Source: Hemiscyllium ocellatum (taxonomy: Eukaryota). Taken from it: 64,000 nt of DNA. Positions 13,944 through 25,795 of the stretch are shown here, one piece after another. A program made the translations under genes and the position numbers. The stretch covers positions 45,942,498-46,006,497 of the forward strand of contig NC_083435.1 of the NCBI RefSeq assembly GCF_020745735.1, in the 5' to 3' direction. Within the stretch, counting starts at the first letter, position 1. Each line of letters begins with the position of its first letter. The notes beneath the pieces were generated by a model. It had not been told where the DNA came from. It worked only from the letters and a program-made list of their open reading frames with translations, and did not search any database.

Positions 13944-14159
13944 ATCCAGCAGGCATTATCGAAGGACACGGGACAAACCATCCTGGTCATTGCCCACCGT
14001 CTGAAGACTGTGGAGAAGGCTGACAAGATCATTGTGATTGAGAGAGGGATGGTGGTGGAGGAGGGAAAGCACCAGGAATTAATGGAGAGAAAAGGCTGCT
14101 ATTTCCACCTGCTCCAGAGACTGACTTCTAACGGGGAGCAGAGCGTGACTGAGTTTTAA
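13944..14159 (+). CDS. TAP2: TAP2 terminal coding exon (IQQALSKDTGQTILVIAHRLKTVEKAD...QSVTEF*)
   Basis: (CT)n tract plus cccag| acceptor, H-loop IAHRL, stop TAA at 14157-14159. Confidence 0.93.
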   Translation: MQQALSKDTGQTILVIAHRLKTVEKADKIIVIERGMVVEEGKHQELMERKGCYFHLLQRLTSNGEQSVTEF

Positions 14160-15329
14160 CCAGACTTTGGAATGGAGGGCATGGAGCCACAACCCAAATC
14201 ACTCCTCCCTGAAAAACACACTGTCTTCATTTTAATATGATAGTAGTTTGTATTTTGCTTCTGTATATATTGAACTGAGCTTTTGGTGTAATCACTGTCT
14301 CACACAGCAATGTGAGGTTTGTAATTAGGTTCAAACGCGTTTGATTAAAACATAAAAATGCTGGAAATGTGAAATAAAAACCGAAGGTAGACGAACTCAG
14401 CAGGTCTATGCAGAGAGAAACAGCATTCATGTCTCTGGTGACAATTCTTCAGAAGTGATAGGAGCTGGGAAAAGCTAGGATAGATTGCTAATGAGAGGGG
14501 TTGAGGGGGTGCAGAGTATGGGGAGGAATTATCAGATAGATGGAGAGTGAGCCTAGAGGAATAGAGAGGGAAATGCTTACGTAGAAAGGTTAGCGAGGTA
14601 ATAATGGTTTTGCTGTGCTGCACCTGGAGTATTGTGTACAGTTTTGGTCCCTGCACACTTTTTGTAAAACGGATAAGCTAGCGTTAGAGTCAGGTCAAAA
14701 GCTATCCTTGAGTCTAATTCCTGGGATGAAGGGACTGACTTAGCAAGAGCACAATGACCAGGTTAGAAGAATGAAGGGTGATCTTGTTGAAACGATGACT
14801 CTGAGGAGGTTTGACAGGGCAGAGATCCCCCAACGGGGGGGGATCGTGAACAAAGCAACAAAAAGAAGGGGCCATTCATTTAAAACTGAGCTGCAAATGA
14901 ATATCTTCTCCCAGAGGGTTGTGAATATTTGTAACTCTCTGTAACCCCAGAGAATTATGGAGGTTAGCTCACTGAAAGTATTGAAAGAGGAGGTTGATTT
15001 ATGAAGTATTGAGGTATGGGACATGCTGAGAGAGGCCAAATGGTCCCCATCAGTTCCAGTTTCTCACATTCTTATTGTGCTAGTGAATAAACAAAATTTA
15101 ATATCCCATACCATATGCGGAGCTTATATATGGTAGTGAGTGAGTGAGATATTATAGAGAATACAGTAGGATGGCTGAACGAGATATTAAAGAGAGATCA
15201 TTTAGCCACTGGAACCGCTTGCATCCTGTTGGGATTTAGGGTGGCTCTCAACTCGTTTATCTGATGGGATTTATTCACGGGAAGGGCAATGGAATTGCCA
15301 GCAGATTTGGTGATTGATGGGAGGGACGG

Positions 15330-16920
15330 AGGCTTGGTAAGTTTACTTTAGCAATGGAAAGAGATAGGTATATACCACAGGGCAAGAGTTACAGCTGAGG
15401 AAAGGCAATTATGATGTGATTAGGAAAGATTGGGATGGGGAGGAAAACTGCAGGGGATGGGCACAATTGAAATGTGGAGCTTATTCAAGGAACAGCTACT
15501 ATGTGCCCCTGATAAGTATGTACCTGTCAGGCAGGGAGGAAGTGGTCGAGCGAGGGAACTATGGTTTACTAAAGAAGTTGAATCTCTTGCCAAGAGGAAG
15601 AAGGCTTGCGTTAGGAAGAGATGTGAAGGCTCAGTTCGAGCGCTTGAGTGTTATAAGTTAGCCAGGAAAGACCGAAAGAGCGAGCTAAGAAGAGCCAGGA
15701 GGGCGTGTGAGAAGTTGTTGGCAAATAGGATCAGGGAAAACCGGAAGGCTTTCTAAAGGGATATTGGAATAAAAGAATGACTAGAGTAAGATTAGGACCA
15801 ATCAAGGACAGAAGTGGGAAGTTGTGTATGGAGTCTGAGGAAATAGGAGAGGCGCTGAATGAATATTTTCCTTCAGTATTCACGCTGAAAAAAGACAACG
15901 TTGTCGAGGAGAATACTAAGATACAGGCTACTAATCTAGACAGGATTGAGGTTCACAAGGAGGAGGTGTTAGCAATCCTGGAAAGTGTGAAAATAGATAA
16001 ATCCCTGGGTCAGATGGGGTTTGTCCTTGTTTTCCCTAGGAAGCAGGAGAGGAGATTGCAGAGCCTTTGGCTTTGACCTTTATGTCGCCATTGTCTACAG
16101 GAACAGTGCCAGAAGAGTGGAGGATAGCAAATGTTATCCCCTTATTCAAGAAGGGGAGCAGAGACAACTCTGGTAATTATAGACCAGTCAGCCTTATTTC
16201 AGTTGTGGGTAAAGTGTTGGAAAGGGTTATTAGAGATAGGACTTATAATCATGTAGAAAGTTGTTTGGGGATGTGTCCATGCATACAGATTCCTGAAAGT
16301 TGCCACCCAGGTTGATAGAGTTGTTAAGAAAGCGTATGGTGTGTTAGCTTTTATTAGTTGAGGGATTGAGTTTCAAAGCCATGAGGTCATGTTGCAGCTG
16401 TACAAAACTCTGGTGCGGCCGCACTTGGAGTGTTGTGTACAGTTCTGGTCACCGCATTATTAGAAGGATGTGGAAGCTTTGGAAAGGGTGCAGAGGAGAT
16501 TTACGAGGATGTTGCCTGGTATGGAGGGAAGGTTTTCTGAGGAAAGGCTGAGGGACTTGAGGCTGTTTTTGTTAGAGGGACGAAGGTTTAGAGGTGACTT
16601 AATTGAGACATATAAGACAATCAAAGCGTGAGACAGAGTGGACAGTGAGGGCTTTTTCCTCAGATGGTGATTTCTTGCATGAGGGGACACAGCTTTAGAT
16701 TGAGGGGTGATAGATATAGAACAGATGTCAGAGGTAGTGGCTGTACTTCGAGAATAGTAGGGGCATGGAACACACTGTAGTAGACTCACCAACTTTAAGG
16801 ACATTTAAATGGTCATTGCATCAATGTGTGGGTGAAAGTGGAATAGTGTAGGTTGGATGGGCTTCCAAATGATTTCACAGAGGGCCGAAGGGCCTGTACT
16901 CCGCCATACTGTTCTATATG
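15330..16920 (+). mobile_element. CR1 ORF2 fragment with an internal deletion
   Basis: GEALNEYF, VPEEWRIANVIPLFKKG and NYRPVSL, then a jump to the C-terminal part at about 16260. Confidence 0.85.
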
Positions 16921-17351
16921 TGGCGGAGGTAAACAATTTGTGAAAAAGCTATGCAAGAGGTTGTATTGAATAAGCCAAGATGCTGAGGATCAGCAGGTCA
17001 TGTACCACAGAGAAACAGAAGCAGGAATGGAAGAGGATGTGGTATCCAGCTGTGGTAACCTGTGAGTGCTAAAGTGAAATAAAAATCATTAAGAAGAGAA
17101 AGCTAGAAATACAGCACAAGAGCTGAAGTAAACACAGCATAAACAATGTCCAAGCTGTGCTGGGAATGTCTGAGCCAAAACAATTTGGCCTCAGGTCAAG
17201 TCCTCGCGAGATTCAAACCCAGACAACTGAAAACCAGAGAGGCACAAGCATGTATCAACTGGTGTGAAAGGGCATTTCGATATTTTCTGACAAACAAAAC
17301 ACCAGATCGATGGGGCAGATGCCTCAGTAGGACCTGCTATGTATTCTGGGA

Positions 17352-17758
17352 AATAAGCCCTTCTTCAGGAAGAGGGGGTTGGGTCGGAGAGGTCGGGAAG
17401 AAGGTTGCAGGTCAAGCAGGCAGTGCTGAGTCCGAGGGTTGGGACTGAGGTGGGGGGAGGGGAAATGAGGAAGCTGGAGAAATCTGAGTTCATCCCTTGT
17501 GGTTTGCCTAGGAACCCTCCAGCCTATCACCCTCCCCTTGACCTCCTTCCACCTATCGCATTCCCAACACCCCTCCCCCAAGTCCCTCCTCCCTACCTTT
17601 TATCTTAGCCTGCTTGGCACACCCTCCTCATTCCTGAAGAAGGGCTTATGCCCAAAATGTCAATTCTCCTGCTCCTTGGATGTTGCCTGACCTGCTGCGC
17701 TTTTCCAGCAACACATTTTCCAGCTCTAATCTCCAGCATCTGCAGTCCTCACTTTCTC
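17352..17758 (+). mobile_element. Penelope-derived insertion with an inverted 5' stub
   Basis: 15-bp TSD ctatgtattctggga at 17337-51 and 17759-73; decayed hammerhead core at about 17635-17665. Confidence 0.78.
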
Positions 17759-18299
17759 CTATGTATTCTGGGACCAAACCAGACTCAAGGATTGTTGAGA
17801 ATCATTAGCTCCATTCTGAGGCTCGCTGCCTCTGATTGGCCAAGTTCTCAGAACGTTCCATTCCAGGGTTCAACCCTGGCCCTGGCAAGGATCGACCTGA
17901 CCCCACTCTCCAGCACAGACCGAGACGCAGTTGTGGACACGGAACCGTGCAGTTACTACTAAAATTGTTAAAGCTGTAAAAGTTTATTTCAAATAACACT
18001 GGGGCCCTGATTTACCACCTCATGCTGTATTGTCACTTCTGGAAGGCACCTGGGTGATGTTGTATTGTGTACACTGCCTGAGTAGTCCACAGCATCTGAG
18101 ATTCCAAACAACTCAGTCCAAGAAGCAAGGTTGGAGCTGGTACTCATTACAATGGATGGAATATTATGCCATGATTGTAAGCAAGTAATACGTCTGCCTG
18201 TACAGACATAAGAAGGAAAGGGATATCAGATTCAATGGTCACAGTTGGAGCAAGCAGTCACTCATTGATTTATGCTTTTCAGAAAATTGAGTAATTCTG

Positions 18300-19020
18300 T
18301 CATGGAGATGTACAGAATGGAAATAGACCCTTCAGTCCAACTCATCCAGATATCGTAGATAAATCCAGTCTCACTTGTCAGTCCTTCGCCCTACTGAAAC
18401 ACTCCTACTCATATACCCATCTAGATGCCTTTTAAATACTGTAATTGTACCAGCCTCCACCACTTCCTCTGGCAGCTCATTCCATACAACCTCTGCATGA
18501 AAAGGTGTACCTTCGGCCCCTTTAAAAATCTTTCCTCTCTCGCCTTAATCCTATGCCCTCTAGTTTTGGACTCTCCCATCCTGGGAAAAAGACCATGACA
18601 ATTTGCCCTATCCATGCCCCTCATGATTTCATAAATTTCTATAAGGACACCCCTCAGCATCCGATGCTCCAAGGAAAATAGCCCTAGCCTATTCAGCCTC
18701 TCCTGAGAACTCAAACCAGGCAACATCCTTTGGTGAACACTTTTCTGAACTCTTTCAAGTTTCACTACACCTCCCCTATGGCAGGGAGACCAGAACTGCA
18801 CACAGTATTCCAACAGCGGCCTTAACAATGTCCTGTACAGCTGCAACATGACCTCCCAACTCCTGTACTCAATACTCTGACCAATAAAGGAAAGCATACC
18901 AAACGCCTTCTTCATTATCCTATCTACCTGCGACTCCACTTTCAAGGAGCTCTGAACCTGCACTCCCAGGTCTCTTTGTTCAGCCACACTCCCCACTGTC
19001 ATGTTAACCACGGGGATGGC
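18300..19020 (-). mobile_element. CR1 3' fragment
   Basis: [19 protein letters not shown] frame (18421-19041). Confidence 0.85.
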
Positions 19021-19163
19021 CCTAGTCAACAATGTCCACATTCCATTAGTAACCTTTTAAAAAATGCTGTATACAGTTCTTCAGCTGAGGTTGGGCAATC
19101 TTCCCATATCAATTCAATCTATGAGATGTGGTAGTGTCCCTACCTCTGAGCCATGAGATACAG

Positions 19164-19288
19164 TGAAATAATTCCACATAGACCAGTATCACCAAGTCAC
19201 CCTTTATTCACACATGCAAAGTACATCATACAGATGCACTTAGCTCAGAGATGGCTTCTAGTGACTAGAAGCACGACTCTCCTGTTTA
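19164..19288 (-). mobile_element. 3' half of the split solo LTR
   Basis: Minus strand reads TAAACAGGAGAGTC...AATAAAGGGTGACTTGG...TTATTTCA and aligns to the second half of 2871-3078. Confidence 0.75.
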
Positions 19289-19289
19289 G

Positions 19290-19445
19290 AAGATCAAAGA
19301 ACAAAGAAGATTTACAGCCCAGGCCCTCCAAGTCTGACCCGATTAAAATCTACTGTCTAAACCTATCGCCGAATTCCTAAGCATCTGTATCTGCTCCCCA
19401 CCTATTCATGCATCTGTCCAGATGCATCTTACATGAATAGACGTC
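19290..19445 (-). mobile_element. Short CR1 3'-end fragment inside the split LTR
   Basis: CR1-type 3' UTR with a TTCTTTG repeat tail abutting the last 13-nt TSD copy. Confidence 0.65.
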
Positions 19446-19449
19446 AGGT

Positions 19450-19634
19450 TATATTTTACCTTTTTTCCTTTTTTTATTCTATATTGTGCGTGTGCAGGTG
19501 TGAGACACAGTGAAAGACAACAGGTCTTTCTTTCTTTATATTCCACCACCAGGAGGGAAGGCCCTCCACTGGGGATCCCCACAGCCCGGTGACAAATGGG
19601 TACGCCAAGGTGTGTCCGGGCGGTGGATGAGGGA
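19450..19634 (-). mobile_element. Internally deleted Tx1 copy (unit A)
   Basis: The 3' UTR piece is joined directly to the ORF2 piece near 19560; same 5' break; A-rich tail. Confidence 0.78.
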
Positions 19635-19647
19635 ACCCTTCTGTTTA

Positions 19648-21595
19648 TTTTTTTTTCCTTTGTCTTATTTTTAAAATTTTTTTTTCTCTTTTTTACTTTT
19701 TATAAACCCCCCACACTCCCGCCTAACTGCGGTAGTGCTTATTTTTCCCCCAGCACCCATGTTGTGTGTGTGCAGGTGTGAGACACAGTGAGAGATACAA
19801 GGTGTATGAATCTTTATTCAGTTTCCGCCACCAGGAAGACAGAAAAACACCCGAGTGGCCTGTGACAAGCAGTGCCCTTCACATCAAAGGGCAATGCTGT
19901 GTGATCAAACAGTGAAGGGGAGGGCAGGGACTAAATCAAAATAGAGTTCGAGGAGGAAATAATGGACTCCAGTCCCTGCGGCGCCCACCTCTCCCTGAAC
20001 AACTCCATGGTGTTGGTGGACACCATGTGCTCCTTCTCCAAGGACACCCGGGCCCTAACGTAACCGCAGAAGAGGGGCAGGCAGTCGGCCCTAACAACCC
20101 CCTCCACGGCCCGCTGCCTGGACCTGTTTATGGCTAGTTTGGCCAGGCCCAGGAGCAGACCCACGAGGAGGTCTTCAGACCTGCCCTCCCTCCTCCGTAC
20201 CGGGTGCCCGAAGATCAGGAGCGTGGGACTGAAGTGCAATCAAAAACAGAGAAGGAAGTTTTTTAAGAAAATCAAAGAGGGAGTGCAAACGCCCACACCC
20301 AATATACACATGGTCCACGGACTCCACAGCATCACAGAACAAGCAGTTGGGCTGGGAGTCCATGAACCACCGCAATCTGCGGTTGCAGGGGACCGCTGCA
20401 TGCAGCACCCTCCTCCCCAGATCCCCGAGAGAAAGGGGGAGGACTCCCGCATAGAGGGCCCTCCACTGGGGATTCCCTCCGCCCGGTGGCAAATGGCGAA
20501 ACAAAGGGGAGTGATAAACGGCTCCATTTCGGAATGGCAGGCAGTGACCAGTGGGCTACCGCAGGGATCAGTACTGGGACCGCAGCTTTTTACAATATAT
20601 ATTAATGATATAGAAGTTGGTGTTAGTAATAGCATTAGCCAATTTGCTGATGATACTAAGCTGGGTGGCAGGGTGAAAAGTGATGAGGATGTTAGAAGAT
20701 TACTGGGTGACCTGGACAAGTTAGGTGAGTGGTCAGATACATGGCAGATGCAGTTTAATGTGGATAAATGTATGGTTATCCACTTTGGTGGCAAGAACAG
20801 GAAGGCAGATTACTACCTAAATGGAATTAATTTAGGTATAGGGGCAGTACAGAGAGATCTGGGTGTTCTTGTACACCAGTCAATGAAGGCAAGCATGCAG
20901 GTACAGCAAGTAGTGAAGAAGGCTCATAGCATGCTGGCCTTCATAACAAGAGGGATTGAGTATAGAAGCAAAGAGATTCTTCTGCAGCTGTACAGGGCCC
21001 TGGTGAGACCACATCTGGAGTACGGTGTGCAGTTCTGGTCTCCAAATTTGAGGAAAGACATTCTGGCTATTGAGGAGTGCAGTGTAGGTTCACAAGGTCA
21101 ATTCCTGGATTGGAGGGAATACTTTACACTGAAAGAATGGAGCGACTGGGCTTGTATACCCTTGAGTTTAGAAGACTGAGAGGGATCTGATTGAGACATA
21201 TAAGATTATTAAAGGATTAGACACTCTGGAGGCAGGAAACATGTTTCAGCTGATGGGTGAGTGCCGAACCAGAGGACACAGCTTAAAAATATGGGGTAGA
21301 CCATTTAGGACAGAGATGAGGAGAAACTTCTTCACCCAGAGAGTGGTGGATGTGTGGAATGCTCTGCCCCAGAGGGCAGTGGAGGCCCAGTCTCTGGATT
21401 CATTTAAGAAAGAGTTGGATAGAACTCTCAAGGATAGTGGAATCAAGGGTTATGGAGATAAGGCAGGAACAGGATAGTGATTGAGGATGATCAGCCATGA
21501 TCATATTGAATGGTGGTGCAGGCTGGAAGGGCAGAATGGCTTAGTCCTGCACCTATTGTCTATTGTCAAGGTGTGTCCGGGCGATGGATGAGGGA
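19648..21595 (-). mobile_element. 5'-truncated Tx1 copy (unit B), interrupted by a CR1 fragment
   Basis: Tx1 sequence breaks at 20496 and resumes at 21568; same 5' break as units D and E. Confidence 0.88.
20497..21567 (+). mobile_element. 5'-truncated CR1 LINE nested in Tx1 unit B
   Basis: GLPQGSVLGPQLF and FADD RT motifs, CR1 C-terminus, (TATTGTC)2 tail. Confidence 0.92.
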
Positions 21596-21855
21596 ACCCT
21601 TCTGATAATTTTTTTTCTGATGTCCAAAACTCCAATTTAATTTTTTTTCTTTTTTTTCCTTTTCTTTCTATTTATTTAGCACCCATGTTGTGTGTGCAGG
21701 TGAGAGACACAGTGAGAGACACAAGGTATATGAATCTTTATTCAATTTCCACCACCAGGAAAAGGACGAAAACACCCGAGTGGCCTGTGACAAGCCGTGC
21801 CCTTCACATCAAAGGGCAATGCTGTGTGAACAAACAGTGAAGGGGAGGGCAGGGA

Positions 21856-24800
21856 CTAAATCAAAATAGAGTTGGAGGGGGAAATGATGCACTCCACTCG
21901 CTGTGGCACCCACCTCTCCCTGAACAACTCCAGTGTGTTGGTGGACACCGCGTGCTCCTTCTCCAAGGACACCCAGGCCCTAACGTAACCGCAGAAGAGG
22001 GGCAGGCAGTCGGCCCTAACGACCCCCTCTATGGCCCGCTGCCTGGACCTGTTTATGGCCAGTTTGGCCAGGCCCAGGAGCAGACCCACGAGGAGGTCTT
22101 CAGACCTGCCCTCCCTCCTCCGCACCGGGTGCCCGAAGATCAGGAGCGTGGGACTGAAGTGCAACCAAAAGCAGAGGAGGAGGTTTTTAAGAAAATCAAA
22201 AAGGGAGTGCAAATGCCCACACCCAATATACACATGGTCCACGGACTCCACAGCGCCACAGAACAAGCAGTTTGGCTAGGAGTCCGTGAACCACCGCAAT
22301 CTGCGGTTGCAGGGGACTGCTGCGTGCAACACCCTCCACCCCAGATCCCCGAGAGAAAGGGGGAGGACTCCTGCGCAGAGGGCCCTCCACTGGGGACCCC
22401 CACCGCCCGGTGGCAAATGGGCACGCCAGGGCGTGTCCGGGCGGTGGATGAGGGAGAAGAGGTGGACGGTGTGCAGCAGCAGTCTGTACAGGACCCGCCT
22501 TTTAACGTCCTTGAACGGGACAAAACTAAAATGACGGAGGCGGCTCAGGTTGTGGGGCACAGGCTCCCGCGGGAAGTACGGGACCTTGGGGCCGATGTGA
22601 AATTCCGTCCGGGCAGGGGTGAGCGCGGACGGGATCCCACCGCACACCTGAGCGTCCTCCAACTGGTGCACTACGTCGGGTCCGAGCACCGCCGTTTTAA
22701 GGCGTCGGATGCCGGTGGCCACGTACCGGACGTCTACCGCTGCCCTGCTCGCTATGTCTTGCGGCAACGTCCAGCCCAGCCCCCCGGCACCCAGCACGTC
22801 CCCGACCCTGGTCACCCTCGCCGCCACGGCCCTCCCCTCCGACAGCCACTCGAACCCGCGGGCACGGAGGTGCGGATTCCTGAGCAACGGCTCCCTGACG
22901 ACAGCCGCTACTCCTGCCGGAGGGTAGGCGCGACGCGATTCGACTATGTTCCAGACAGTGATCAGGTCCTGGTAAAAGACAGGCAGCACCTTGAGGGCGA
23001 CCTCCAAACCGTCACGGTCGACGAACAAGAGCTGCGTGTCGTAGTTGAGGTTACGCACCTGGCGGAAAAAATACGTCGCCAGGGCGCACCACCTAGGAGG
23101 AGGCTCGACGTAAAGGTATCGCTGCAAGGTCTGAAGGCGGAAGGTCGCGACCTGGGTGCGGACGCACACCAGCGACTGACCGCCCTCCTCAATGGGGAGA
23201 CTCAGAACCTGCGCAGCGACCCAGTGCATCTTTTTGTCCCAGAAGAAGTCGACCAACGTTCTCTGGATGTCAGCGACAAAGCCAGGAGGAGGGACCAAAG
23301 TGACCAGCCGGTACCACAGCATGGTGGCCACCAGCTGGTTTATGACCAGCACTCGGCTCCTGTAAGATAGCACTCGGAGCAGTCCTGTCCAGCGGCCTAG
23401 GCGAGCCGAGACTTTGGCCTCCAGCTCCTGCCAGTTGGCCGGCCAGGATTCCTCGGTCGGGCTGAGGTAGACCCCCAGGTAGAGGAGATGGGTGGTACTC
23501 CAGCTGAACCCCTGAAACTCCTCCGGCAGGGAGTCCACCCGCCACGGACCCACCAGTAGCCCGGAACATTTGGCCCAGTTGATCCTGGCGGAAGACGCCG
23601 CCGAGTACACGGCCTGGCACTCGCGCATCCTCCCCAGGTCAGCCGGGTCGGTGAAAGTGAGGAGCACGTCGTCGGCGTAGGCCGAGAGGACCACCCCCGC
23701 ACCCGCGCCGCGCAGAACCAGCCCCGACAACCTCCTCCGCAAGAGGCGCAGGAAAGGCTCCACGCACAGGGAATACAGCTGGCCGGACAGGGGGCAGCCT
23801 AGACGCACTCCTCTCCCGAAGTGAAGGGGCGCCGTCAGGGACCCGTTAACTTTAACCAGACACTCTGCGGCGGCGTACAAAAGTCGGATCCGGGCGACGA
23901 ACTGCGTCCCGAACCCGAACGCCCGCAGAGTCCCGAGCAGGTACTCGTGATCGACCCTGTCGAACGCCTTCTCCTGGTCGAGAGACAGGAAGGCGCTCGG
24001 CAGACCAGCCCGTCGACAGAAATGGATCAGGTCCCGGACCAGATGGACGTTGTCTTGTATCCTCCGGCCCGGGACCGTGTAGGACTGGTCCGGGTGAATC
24101 ATGTGGGCCAGCACGGAAGCCAGGCGAGAAGACAACACCCTGGCAAAAATTTTGTAGTCCGTGCTGAGGAGGGAGACCGGACGCCAGTTCTTCAAGGAAC
24201 GAAGGTCCCCCTTCTTTGGCAGCAGGACGATGACCGCCCTGCGCCAAGAAAGGGGCAGCTCTCCGGCATTTAGACACTCCCCCAGGACCTGTGCGTAGTC
24301 GCTCCCCAGGACGTCCCAGAACGCCCTGAAGAACTCCACAGTCAGCCCGTCCAGCCCCGGGGATTTGCCCCTCGAGAGCGCCGGTCAGCTCCTCTAAGTT
24401 GACGGGAGCGTCGAGCCTTCCGGCGCCCTCCGGGCTGAGCTGCGGCAGGTCCTCCCACAGAACTCTGCGAGCATCCTCGCTGGACGGATCCGGAGAGAAC
24501 AGGGCCGTGTAATAGGATCGGACGTGGGCCCTGATACCCTCCGGATCCGAGACGAGGGACCCGTCGTCGGCCAGCAGCACAAGGAGCTGCTGACGGGTGC
24601 CGCGCCTTTTTTCCAGCGAGTAGAAGAAGGGGGAGCCGCGGTCCAGGTCCTGGAGGAGCTGGAGCCGCGACCTCACGTACGCGCCCCGAGCCCCGACGAG
24701 CTGCAGGTCCCGGAGCGCGGCCTTCTTCTCTTCGTACACCCCGCGCAGGGCCGGGTCCGCGTCGGGCTGACCGAGGCGTGACTCCAGGTCGAGCATCTCC

Positions 24801-25741
24801 CTCTCCAACTCCCCGATCCTGGATTTCCGCCTCTTCGTCGACCCCCTCGCGTACTCCTGACAGAAGACGCGGACGTGAGCCTTGCCCACGTCCCACCATA
24901 GCCTCAGGGAGGGGAAGCTTCCCCGCTTCCTTCTCCAGCCGGCCCAGAAACGACGAAACGAGTCCCGGAACCGCTCGTCCTCCAGCAGCAGGTTGTTAAA
25001 GTGCCAGTACGCGGAGCCCAACCTGGCGCCGAACGGAAGGAGTTCCGCCCACACCAGGTGATGGTCCGTGCACGACACCTGCCGCGTGGAGGCCTTCGGA
25101 AAGCAGGAGGCGTACGCCCGCGAAACGTACAGGCGGTCGATTCTGGACGCTCCGACCCCAGGCCTCACGAAGGTGAAGGCGATGGAGTCAGGATGGAGAT
25201 TCCGCCAGACGTCCACCAGGTCCAAGGACTTGACCAAGTCCCCCAACCTCCTCCCCGACGTCGAACTCGTGCGGGCACCGCCGTGGTCCCTGTCCTCGAG
25301 GACGCAGTTAAAATCTCCCCCGAGGACGACGCACTGGTTCTCGTCGATGGAAGCGAGATGAGCGGACACTTCTTCGAAGAAGCTCGCTTGCCTCGGCCCG
25401 GCCAGGGGAGCGTAGACGTTCACCAAGTGAAGCACCGCGCCCCCCAGCCGAACCGTCAGGTGAAGCAAACGGCCTGGCACTGGCTCCCTGACCCCCAAGA
25501 TCTCCGGCTGAAAATGCGGGGCCAACAAGATAGCCACCCCGCCAGATCTGCGGGTGAGGTGACTCATGTAGACCCCCCCTCGCCACTCCAGGAGCCAGGT
25601 GGCTTCGTCTCCCGGGGTAGTGTGGGTTTCTTGCAGGAAGCACACCGCATACCTCCCGTCCCGAAGGACCGAGAGGGTCTGGAATCTGCGCTGTGACTCC
25701 CTGCTGCCGTTGATGTTGAGGCTGGCTATAGTTGTCTCCAT
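21856..25741 (-). pseudogene. Tx1 ORF2 (APE endonuclease, RT, zf-RVT), disrupted
   Basis: Motifs SLNINGS, FLQETH, GGDFNC, TDHH, GVRLGCPLSG, YADD, CGAVESVDHVYIGC. One frameshift near 24372 and an in-frame TAG at 22276-78. Confidence 0.9.
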
Positions 25742-25795
25742 GTCGGAAGTATAGTGCAACCACCACCAGTACACACAGTTAAACTATGTACATAT

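Noticed and set aside
3388-14159. Calling the transporter ABCB9 (TAPL) or TAP1
   Set aside because: The NBD is similar to ABCB9, but the segment before VGAA matches TAP2 better and the gene neighbours a class I-like exon. TAP1 would have a degenerate Walker B and H-loop. A tree is still needed.
14373-14378. AATAAA as the TAP2 polyadenylation signal
   Set aside because: Lies in the A-rich end of a repeat and cannot be assigned without transcript data.
17832-17843. Y-box CTGATTGGCCAA as a third SXY module
   Set aside because: No X1 or S box at the expected distance upstream; a lone CCAAT is common.
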